Source of the DNA: Heptranchias perlo | Lineage: Eukaryota | Reading direction: 5' to 3' | Assembly: GCF_035084215.1 (NCBI RefSeq) | Contig: NC_090353.1 | Location: 19,902,001-19,966,000, forward strand | DNA length: 64,000 nucleotides | In this document: positions 1 through 12,000 of the stretch, in pieces | How the letters are laid out: each line of letters opens with the position of its first letter | How positions within the stretch are numbered: the stretch's first letter is position 1 | Notes under the pieces: generated by a model | The model's database searches: none | Told to the model about the DNA's origin: nothing | What the model saw: only the letters and a program-made list of their open reading frames with translations | Translations under genes and position numbers: made by a program

Positions 1-36
1 CTATGTTTGGAGTTGTGGTCACAATTGGTGATATCG
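1..36 (-). CDS. SEA module 3, start of exon a (cut by window edge)
   Basis: tttttcttaatag acceptor; TISPIVTTTPNI, paralogous to the start of the 1808-1968 exon. Confidence 0.8.
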
Positions 37-3000
37 CTATTAAGAAAAATGAGAAAAGCATTAAATGGAGCACAAAACATCTCTCTAATTGCATCGTTTG
101 TATTGCAGAGAGTGGAAGCAGAATAAACCAAGAATATGGAAACCACAGCAGAATATTTCTAGATGGTTCCAGAACGTTTTGAGGTGGGGTGAGACGGTTC
201 ACTCAAAGGACCATCCAACAATTTTTTTCTATCACATATGCAATTGCACTGAAATGGTCTTATCAATTGATCATGCAATAGATTGCTTTATGATGGAGAA
301 AGTCCTACTTTTGGTGAGTCTCTTACTGACGTTGGTTATTTTAAAATTCGTGCTGCAAGTCTAATTACAAGTACTATCCGCTGCTGCTGTTCTGGTCACA
401 CAGCAGTTGTATCAGTTAATTAACATGCCTCACATAAAGCAGACAGGATGACACAGCACACACAGAATCTCTGTTTAAACCTTCAACACATTCTCAATTC
501 CAGAGTTTAACTAAATTGTTCACCAGAAAAAGGTGCACCCACTCTAAACGGGAAACACTGCATCACCCATACGGTGAGGTTATTTGACAAAATGTCAACA
601 GATATCAGTAAAGAATTTGCTTTCTTGTTAACCACTTCAATAAAAAGAAACATTAATGGAACAAAGAAACAGAAAGCATACTCACTGGGTGAAGGAGTTA
701 ATTCATGGTAACCTAAAAAATAAACAGCATGTGTTTTGTATGAAACATGCCAAGAGGAAAGTCATCATTAAAGACTATAACAAATTTCAAGTTTTAAAAA
801 TAATTAACTAAATTCAATCTGAATAACATATTGAAACAGATAGAATGGAACAGAATATCTCTTTAAATGCTAAATACCATCGACGTAGAGGCTGTTACTG
901 TCCAGTGAATATGTTCCTAAGGTGGAGATGTTCTTTGTGTTGTCTCTGAACTCATGGTACACAGTAACTTTATCAACCTCCTGAGCAGTAGAATCATTTC
1001 TGAATGTGCAGATTGCGTACACACTGGTGTTACCAACATTTGCCAGGCTGTTAAAACAAAATGCATTAAGGAGGTTAACTAAATGACAAATGTTGTTCTG
1101 AAAAGATTATTGGTAATCAGAATTAGCATTACTATCCTCACCAATACTGTATGTAATTCATTACATTTGCAATCATCCTCTGTACCAGTAATTAAAATAA
1201 TTCCTAATCATTCACTGTTCTCGAAAGACAAGGTTAAAACACAAGTGCCTTCCCTCCATTACTGAATAAACCAAACGTCAAAAAGATGAAGCGGAAAATG
1301 GTGGAGGAAACAAGTCTGTGGCTACTACTTCAAATGTCATTTGGGTGAAGTTATGATGATGACTAAAACGTACCCGTGTAAAGCAAATATAAAACAACAG
1401 CATCAGGGAACACTGAACAGTATGCACAACATTCTGCCAGAGGATATTTCTTTGTGAATGGCACATTGTGCAGTATTAGCAATTGTAAACTTTTTTACAT
1501 TGTGCAAGAAATTATTACCTGCTCGCCCTTAAACAGTGCGGGCTTTTATTTATAATTATTGTTGATACAGATATTCAATATATAATGGTGAAATCTCCTC
1601 ACCTGAATGAAACAGCTTTACAACTTGAAAATGTTGCATTAATCTTGCTCTTGTTGTACAGGTCAGTGAGCTGCAATAAGTTCACAATCCCAGTGTTAGA
1701 GGGAGAAGCTCTCAATGCTAGTAAAAATATTTTTGTTAATCAATCAATATCACTAACATATCTGGAAAGTAATAATTATTATTATAATTGTGCAATATAT
1801 TGGTTACCTGGTGAGAAATAATATTTGTTGCAGAATTGTACAGCGAGGAAGTGGAATCTTGTAGACTTTTTGTAAACGCTAAGTTCGTGATAACAAAGGT
1901 CACATTGAATTCAATGGGCTTCACTTCGAGGCTTGGAGTTTGTGTTGTGGTCACAATTGGTGGTGTTGCTATCAGGAGACATTAGGAGAACATTAGACTG
2001 AGAATACAACAATCATCTCTATATTTGAAACGGGTACGGTAGCATAGTGGTTATGTTACTGGACTAGTAATCCGGAGGCCCAGACTAAAATCCGGAATCA
2101 TGAGTTCAAATCCCACCACGGCAACTGGCAAATTTAAATTCAATTAAATAAATAGTAATTTAAATCTGGAGTTAAAATACTAGTGGCCATGAAACTACCG
2201 GATTGTTGTAGAAAACCCATCTGGTTCACTAATGTCCTTTAGGGAAGGAAACCTGCCGTCCTTACCCCGTCTGGCCGATATGTGACTCCAGACCCACAGC
2301 AATGTGGTTAATTCTTAATTGCCCTCTGAAATGGCCGAGCAAGCCACTCAGTTGGAAAATCTCGCTACAAAAAGTCATAAGAATAAAACCGAACGCACCA
2401 CCCGGCATCGGACCACTAGGCACCGGACACGACAAAGGCAACCAGTTGACCCTGCAAAGTCCTCCTCACTAATATCTGGGGACTTGTGCCAAAATTGGGA
2501 GAGCTGTCCCAAAGACTAGTCAAGCAACAGCCTGATATAGCCATACTCACAGAATCATACCTTTCAGCCAACGTCCCAGACTCTTCCATCACCATCCCTG
2601 GGTATGTCCTGTCCCACCGGTCGGACAGACTCACCAGAGGTGGCGGTACAGTGATATACAGTCAGGAGGGAGTGGCCCTGGGAGTTCAATAACATTGACT
2701 CTGGACCCCATGAAATCTCATGGCATCAGGTCAAACATGGGCAAGGAAACCGCCTGCTGATTACCACCTACCATCCTCCCTCAGCTGGTGAATCAGTCCT
2801 CCTCCATGTTGAGAAGCACTGAGGCTAGCAAGGGCACAGAATGTACTCAGGGTGGGGGACTTCAATGTCCATCACTAAGAGTGGCTCGGTAGCACCACTA
2901 CTGACCGAGCTGGCCAAGTCCTGAAGGACATAGCTGCCATACTGGGCCTGTGGCAGGTGGTGAGCGAACCAACACGAGGGAGAAACCTACTTGACCTCGT

Positions 3001-6000
3001 CCTCACCAATCTACCTGTCGCAAATGCATCTGTCCATGACAGTATTGGTTGGAGTAACCACCGCACAGTCCTCGTGGAGACGAAGTCCCGTCCTCGCACT
3101 GAGGACACCATCCAACGTGTTGTGTGACACTACCACCATGCTAAATGGGATAGATTCAGAACAGATCTAGCAGCTCAAATCTGGGCATCCATGAGGCACT
3201 GTGGGCCATCAGCAGCAGCAGAATTGTATTCCAGCACAATCTGTAACCTCATGGCTTGGCATATTCCTCACTCTGCCATTACCAACAAGCCAGGGGATCA
3301 ACCCTGGTTCAATGAGGAGTGTAAACATCCCCATCCTCAATGATGGCGGAGTCCAGCACGTGAGTGTAAAAGACAAGGCTGACGCGTTTGCAACCATCTT
3401 CAGCCAGAAGTGCCGAGTGGATGATCCATCTCGGCCTCCTCCCGATATCCCCACCATCACAGAAGCCAGTCTTCAGCCAATTCGATTCACTCCACGTGAT
3501 GTCAAGAAACGGCTGAGTGCACTGGGTACAGCATACATCCTAGCTGTAGTGCTGAAGGCTTGTGCTCCAGAACGAGCCGCGCCTCTAGCCAAGCTGTTCC
3601 AGTACAGCTACAACACTGGCATCTACCCGACAATGTGGAAAATTGCCCAGGTATGTCCTGTCCACAAAAAGCAGGACAAATCCAATCCGGCCAATTATCG
3701 CCCCATCAGTCTACTCTCAATCATCAGCAAAGTGATGGAAGGTGTCGCGACAGTGCTATCAAGCGGCACTTGCTCACCGATGCTCAGTTTGGGTTCCGCC
3801 AGGACCACTCTGCTCCAGACCTCATTACAGCCTTGGTCCAAACATGGACAAAAGAGCTGAATTCCAGAGGTGAGGTGAGAGTGACTGCCCTTGACATCAA
3901 GGCAGCATTTGACCGAGTGTGGCACCAAGGAGCCCTAGTAAAATTGAAGTCAATGGGAATCAGGGGAGAAGCTCGACACCATCCAAGATAAAGCATCCCG
4001 CTTGATTGGCACCCCATCCACCACCCTAAACATTCACTCCCTTCACCACCGGCACACAGTGGCTGCAGTGTGTACAATCCACAGGATGCACTGCAGCAAC
4101 TCGCTAAGGCTTCTTCGATAGCACCTCCCAAACCCGCGACCTCTACCACCTAGAAGGACAAGAGCAGCAGGCACATGGGAACAACACCACCTGCACGTTC
4201 CCCTCCAAGTCACACACCATCCCGACTTGGAAATATATCGCCGTTCCTTCATTGTCGCTGGGTCAAAATCCTGGAACTCCCTTCCTAACAGCACTGTGGG
4301 AGAACCGTCACCACATGGACTGCAGCGGTTCAAGAAGGCGGCTCACCACCACCTTCTCAAGGGCAATTAGGGATGGGCAATAAATGCCGGCCTCGCCAGC
4401 GACGCCCACATCCCACGAACGAATAAATAAAAAAAGAACACCTTTCCTTTGGAGGCAAAATCAGCGAAAATGTGAGTGAATGCCTGTAAATTGATCATTA
4501 GCTCATCTGTTGGTTTTAGTTCTAGAGTTCCTCACTTAATGCATTCAATACAAGACAACTTTCTGATGTTTGCTGTGCCGAGTTATAACTTTAATTGGAT
4601 ACAAGTTAAACAGCATTGTGCTATTGGTTTATTTCCCTCACAGGAAATAAGATACTCTTGAATATGTTTTCCCTTTTGAGGCAGCGAATTTATTTGGAAC
4701 AATCTGTATTGTTCTCATTGAAACAGAAGTTGCTGATTGTCAGGATATTCTTTTGAATGAAATTTTCTTTATTGTTAAGTAGATACAACCAACTTAATTG
4801 AAAGATGTGGCAGGGCAATCTCATACTGTTTATGTGCTGTAAATTGTAAACAATTTTACAACACCAAGTTATAGTCCAACAAATTTATTTTAAATTCCAC
4901 AAGCTTTCGGAGGCTTCCTCCTTCGTCAGCTGACGAAGGAGGAAGCCTCCGAAAGCTTGTGGAATTTAAAATAAATTTGTTGGACTATAACTTGGTGTTG
5001 TAAAATTGTTTACAATTGTCAACCCCAGTCCATCACCGGCATCTCCACATCATATGTGCTGTAAAGCTGAGAGAACAAGGAATATCCAGGACCACTGAAG
5101 ACCAAGCAATCATCAAAGCTGTTTCCTCCAGTAATCTGTCCTCCTAACTTAATATCCAGCTATATTTTGACCATCACCTCTTTTTTTGACTCTACTGCCT
5201 TGTTTGGCAGATTCTTCTAACCATTTATTACTCCTTGATGCTTTTCCTTTTCTCAATTTACTTCTCACTAATTTCCAATCATGTTGTCTGGTCCTACACT
5301 TTTGGTTTACTTTGAAGTACTTTTCTGGCTTTACCTTATCTACACCATTTCATATTTTATATACAAACAGGGGTTGTAAAGCTACTTCGTGGTGATTGGA
5401 GTAATAATTCATGGTAATTTTAATTAACTTGACATTTATTGGAAGGTACACGTCGGTTAATACACTAATCACATCTTCCCAGCAAGGAGATGCACTCATA
5501 GGGAACATAGGTTGTAGATAGCGCTACAAAATAATAAGATTATTACTTGGTTCCCTTTGGTGCAGTAATACTCACCATTCAGATCTCTCGTGTATGATAT
5601 TTTTTTTATCCATGAGCACAAATTACCAGAAAGATAGATTGAGAGGTTTGAGCCTTGGGGAGATTGTGTGAAACTATTGCTGATATCTGAACACTACTTT
5701 GAAATTGAGGAGAGATTCCACTTGCAGCAGTATATCTAATATATTACCATTATGTTGTAACATACTACTTTGCTGCTTGAGGGTACAGTAGCTGTTGTCC
5801 ATGCTTACATTTTGCCACCGGCAGCACTGGGCACAAGCTGATATGGTCTGCTTGTTGGTGGTGTTGACTAGTTTAGCCTTTAGATACAACCAGTCTGAGT
5901 GTCCACTGTCCGACCACTGAATGGATTCTGTGGTGGCATTTGATTTTTACTTCCTTTGTAGCCTCTAAGGCTCTTTGAGAGAAAATGTTCTTTTCTCATT

Positions 6001-9000
6001 TGAATATAAGCGTTATTATGCAAATCAATAAAATTGTTACTTTAGTTTATTTACTTACAAACAATGGTTCTGAAATGATGCCCTGGACTATTAGTGTACG
6101 ACTGTACAGCACAGAAACAGGCCATTCAGCCCAACTGATCCACGTTGCTTATACTCCACATGAGCCTCCTCTCACTCCAATTACATCTTCCCACTCAGCC
6201 CCCATATCCTTCTATTCTCTTCTTCCTCAATAAATTCACCTGAAATTCCACTCTCTGATATTTTAGCAGACATTAAAACCCATTTATTTTGAAAGGGTTA
6301 ATATCTCTGCTAAAATAGGAGAGAGAAGTTTCAGATGAGCATGTTAAACATTCGTACACTAATATTCCACTGTATCATCTCATGACCTATCTCCTCCTGC
6401 ACCTGTCACTGACCAACTGGGGAATATGACCAGAAGGACAGTTGTGTTTGATAATTACTTTTCTGCACAAATTCATTTCATACATAACCCAGAAGTAGAT
6501 TGCATTTTATTACATAGGGGATTTAACTAAGTAGATTTTTCGTATCTGATCAGTAAATTGAGATGTAGAATTTTCTGGATATCATTATTAGATGGTTCTT
6601 TTTTCAATAAAGAAAGGAATGACTTTGTATAATACTCACAGTTACAATGTAGTGATTGTAATAAATAAACAGGCACCTGAGTTAAAAAGTGTAGCCACTG
6701 GTTATACTGACTGGATGATCATTTATCCCACTCACCAGACCTTTCAGCAACTGGGATTGTTATTTCTGAGTTTTAAAAGTTTTTACAATGTGTTTTCAAC
6801 CAATACATTTTACAAGTCCTGGACATCAGTCATATTTTAGCATCCAAATTAAATAATATGAGGAAAATTTATCCTGTGTACTAGTTGTAACAGAATCCTG
6901 AACAAATCTCTAAAGAATGTGCTTATGATTTCACTATGTCTAACTCACAGAGGAAATCTTCCCCATATGATCCTCGTCTCAGGTCAGGCTGTTGTAATTC
7001 AATGTTACCTTTGTAGCGTTATTAAAGGACAATATTAACTGAACAGAGAAATAATGATCGTACTTACTGGTTAAAGCAGCTGATTCATGGTAACCTGAAA
7101 AAATAAATATATTCAGAAAGGATGACTTAAGCCTTTAGAACTGAAATTATTACATGAATTTGATATAAATGATGTTACCAGAGTCAGATACATGAGTTGG
7201 ATAAGATGTTTCACATTTTGTAAGTAATTGAATGTTTCAAAATGGTATAATTGGGGTCTCACCATCAACATCCTTACTAAAAATGAATGTTACAATAACC
7301 TGTGCTTTGTCCCTTTTATCTCATTGACTTAGGAATGAATAAATAAGAGCCAGCAGACCAGGGTTGAGTGAGCAAGAGCCAGCAGAGCAGATGAGAGTCA
7401 ACAGATCAGGAGTGAATGAAAGGCAGCAGACCGGGAGTGACAGAGAACCAACAGACCAGGGGTAAGGGTAATCAGGGGACTAGGAAGGACAGAGCATCAC
7501 TAGCGAGAGAGATGGTGGCCCACAAAATAAAGTTTTAACTAGTTACAGTGCAGGTAAAAATAAATCTTTATTTAATTAAAGTGAGCATATACCATCAATG
7601 AAGAGGCTGTTGCTGTCCAGTAAATATGTTCCTAAGGTGGTGATGTTTTTTGTGTTGTCTTGGAATTCATGGTAGAGTGGAACTTTATCAACTTGCTGGG
7701 CAGTAGCACTCTTTATGAAAGTACAGATTGCCTCAATTGTACTGTTACCGTCACTTGCAGGTCTGCCACATACAAATACCAGGTGGTTAATTAGTTTTAA
7801 AATCTTAAACATAATACTGAATAACTGAATAACTGTCAACATTAGAAAGGTATGTTTCTGTATAATTTGTTTGCAGAATAGATTTTTTAAATCAACTGAA
7901 TAATCATTATTTCTTTAATGATGGTACATTACATGACATTTGAAAATACAGTGAGGATCTTGCACAGTTTTGTATATTTAGGTGGCTGTACACATTGATA
8001 AGGCTGAGGTTATTCATTGGCAGGAGGCTTACTACAGAACTCAATGCAGGTTAGTGGATGTGCTGCACTTGTCTTCCCTGACCTAGGTTCCTGAAGCAGA
8101 ATTGTATTGAAGTTGCTTGATTAAATGAGTAACTCCTATGGAGCACAAGGACATGGATTTGATCTACTTTTCTGCTGTATTGCTGAAGATTGTTGGTTCA
8201 AACTCTACTCCAGAGACGTGAGCACATAATGTAGGCTGGCACACCAGTGCAGTACTGAGGGAGGTGCCGTCTTTCGGATTCAATGTTAAGCTAAGGCCCT
8301 GACTGATGACCTGGTCATTTAATTCAATGCTATTTTGTTTGTGGGACCTTGCTTGTGTAAATTGGCTGCCGCATTGCCTATATCACAACAGTCAATTTTT
8401 CTTTCTTTCTATCTTTCTTTCTTCTCCTCTTTAGAGGAACTGAGTGAAAAATTAAAAGGAATATCAACAACGGGTTGCTGAAGCCCTTCAGTAGAATGTC
8501 AGCATTGGTGGAGGCCTGGGGTCAAGTTACCTGACCACCTCTCACCCATGGTATTTGTGATCAACAGATTAAATGTTGCTGCACAGCAATATACAACAAG
8601 ACTTCATTTCCAAAAGGGTGATCTTCACATGGTTCACCCATTGTGTTGGATTCACCATGATTCATGAGCCATGGGTGAGGATGGGTCACTCTGTTGGAAG
8701 TGTTCGCCATCATTGTCCAATCATCTAAGAGGACATTCCTGAACAGCAATAGTTCATTCAAAATCCTGTGTACCTGCTACATTAACCTCTGAGGCTCGAA
8801 GAACATATTCCTGCTATTTATAATCTCTGTTCTTTTTCGGTAATCTTGAATAAGATAATAATTAACATGTATATTAACATTGTTCTGTCAAATCCAATAC
8901 CCTGAGATGGTCTCTGCCCTATTATTTTTGGCTGTTTGCAATCTAATAATGTAGGAGTTCATGTTGCATCCCCTGTTTACCTACAAGTACATTATTCAAT

Positions 9001-12000
9001 TACTGAGGCAGTCATTCTCTAGGAGTAGGCACTACATGCCAAGATGTACGAAATATATCACAGTTATACACTTATGGTAATTTGGAGTAGCTTTTGCTCT
9101 GTGAGGCAGATAGCAGGATGAATTCTGTTAAGTTGCCGAAGTTTGGGTGTGTGGTGATTGCAACAATGCAGTTAGGGAATTACCTCATCAGATTTTGACA
9201 GCGGTTGAAGAATTTTCTTACACTCTTTGTGTAACTTGATTTTTTTTGCATAATATAATAAATACAGGTCATTTGAGCATCAATATAAGTTGTGCATTCA
9301 TTTAACTTAGAACTTTCACAGTAATAATTCATTTCTTACCTGAAAGATACAGACCGACAATTCGAGAATGTTGAATTTACTTTGCTATTGTTGTACAGAT
9401 TATTGAGCTGTAGGAAATTAAAATTTAACATTTTAATACAAGATGTATAATGAAATATAACATTTTCTTCCCTAATGACTTAGATAATATACTTACCTTG
9501 TCAAGAATGTTGCTTGATTCAGCCGTGTACAGTGGGGAACTGAGATTTTGTAGACTTGGTGTGAATGGCAGTGTGAGCACATTGAAGGTTACATTAAAAT
9601 TTTTTGTCTGAGTTTCTTGAACTGGTTTGTCTGTTACAGGTACAATGGGGGGTTCCACTATAAAAGAAAGAGGTGCAAAGCAAGAAGAAAAATTTAAAAA
9701 TTAAAATCCATAAAAATCAATCCAAAAAAGGATTAGGAACATAACAACATAAGAAATAGGAGCAGGAGTAGGCCATATGGCCCCTCGAGCCTGCTCCGCC
9801 ATTCAATAAGATCATGGTTGATCTTCAACCTCAACTCCACTTTCCCGCCCGATCCCCATATCCCTTGATTCCCTTAGAGTGCAAAAATCTATCTATCTAT
9901 ATTACAGCTTATCAGGAGAGATCTTTCTGGGTGTGCGCCCAGGCGCACTGGATATCAGAAATTGGACAAGTCAGAGCACACGCCCATAGAGGAACCCGCC
10001 CCATTTTCTTTCCTATGCAGCCATGAGCTGCAATCGTCTGATTTGCCAATATTCACAGTATCCAGGTGATGGAGTACACCTGGGTGGAGACCCACGGAAA
10101 GCTCCCTGTTAATTCCATTTAAGATTTAATCAGATTCCACCCACAGCCCGCTAACCCAAAGCTAATGCAGCCCAGCCTTCAAAATGCACCGGGCCTCCTG
10201 TCGGGTCTATCGGGCGGCATTCTGCTCAGGGGAAATACCTACCCCCATCTCTCTATACTTCAAAACCTCATGGATATTTCAAATCAAAAATAAAAGTAAA
10301 TCATTTCAAATGATGGCACAAAAATATACTTTTCAGACAAAAAGCTCAAGATAATTGAAAGAATCTCTACATAAATATACCATACTTAATACTCTTATTC
10401 ATGATCTCTCAGTTGTTCCTGTCTGTACCTGTCATCATGCTGGTTGTTTGTGTTGTGGATGCTTCACTGGAGATCACAAGCACTGCTGAGGTTGTTTCAG
10501 GTACAGTTGTGGAGGTTTGAATAGATGTGGAAGGTGTTTCTGTTGCTGATGGTGTCAGACTAGATGATGATTCTGTTGAACATTCAAACTGTTACACCAG
10601 TGCTCATGCATCAGACGGTCATCCTTTTTTGTTAAATATCAGTTCCATTGTAAAGTTTCAGAGACCCATCAAGCTGATAACCCAGTTAAACTGCTAGAAG
10701 GACATAAACTGGTCCTTGTGGAGCAGCTTGTCTACTTCAGTGACTCCCTTCTTAAAGCTGTTCCCTTCCCATGTGAAGAATTGTAGTTGTTGCAGGCAAA
10801 TCTTTCAGGATTCAGGAAATATGTTCATTGAACTCCTGGGATGTGAGCAGGCAGGTCTCAAAAGAAATAGAGTCGGAAGGGGAATATGTTTCTCTTCATA
10901 GTGCTCTCAGTGATCAGGCTATTGGGCCCAATAGGTTTGTGTATATACTAATGGGCTGAGAATTTTAATGCTACAATTATAACTAGGTAAGTTTGTATCT
11001 GTCCATAAACAGGTTTCTTATATTTAAGTCCTGAGCAAAGACCATGCCCTTTGATTTGGAGTAACTGAGTCTGTCGTCTGAGAGCTGGCTGAAATCTTTA
11101 GTAGTTTATAAAATACCAGAGAGGGAAGTAGTGAGGTTGGTCATATAAAGCAGAAAGTTATGCACTGCATGGGTTAATTCTCATGGACATTGCTATGGGT
11201 TATAAAGCTAGGGGAGCAAGGGAGACAAAGAGCATTCCTGCCCAGACTCTCATTGGAAGAGGAATGCAGTTGAAGTGTAACTATTAGTTCTTATTACAGA
11301 TGAGTGCAGAAAAGTAACACATTTAGAAACATCATCCGAACACACTGACAAAGGTTACCCTTTTGAGAACGAAAAATGTAAATTTCCACTTCTTCCAGTC
11401 AAATGCTTTCTCTACCAGGGCAGGTACAATTGTGTTGTTTTACTGAAGCACTAAGTTGAATAATCATTTGGTATTGTGTGTCTCAAGGTGTCCTGATATG
11501 AAACCGATATAGTTTCAGGAATTACCCGTGGCTACTGAGAAATGTGCTGGTTTTTGTTCTAATACTGCCAGTTGATTTTACCTGTTGTTGCTGGTCTTGC
11601 TGATGTCTGTGCTGTGGATGTTTCCCCAGAGGTCCTTGCACTTGTAAACACTGTTGTTCTTGCTGACCCAACGTTAGCACTGGAGGTTTGTGTTATTGTG
11701 AGAGATGTTGCTGTTTCTGCTGTAGTGGAAAATATTTCTGCTGCTGCTGGTACAGAAGTAGCTGATGTAGCTATTTAAACAAAAAAAAAATTCAGCCTTG
11801 ATCGTGATGGCAGTGCATCAGAAATACAATTTGCGATATTGTTTTATACTAACAAAAATATTGTAGGGTAGAAATTCAGTGATATGCACACCCAGGTGGG
11901 AACGGTGTGAAGTGGGGCATTCACCTGATGTAATGTGCATTGCCATTTCTGCCTGAACTTCTGTATTCTACTCTCATTGCTCATCTCATATGTTCAGTGA

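Noticed and set aside
5570-5890. Donor-like ATG|GTGAGT at ~5575 and ORF 5674-5889 as an extra exon
   Set aside because: No mucin or SEA-like translation, and exons 7068-7094 and 1808-1968 already join in phase.
8541-8679. 11-bp inverted repeat ctcacccatgg / ccatgggtgag
   Set aside because: Too short and no TSD; could be chance or an unrecognisable relic.
10700-10870. Possible Penelope RT relic (KICLQQLQFFTWEG on the minus strand)
   Set aside because: Similarity is too weak to support without a profile search.
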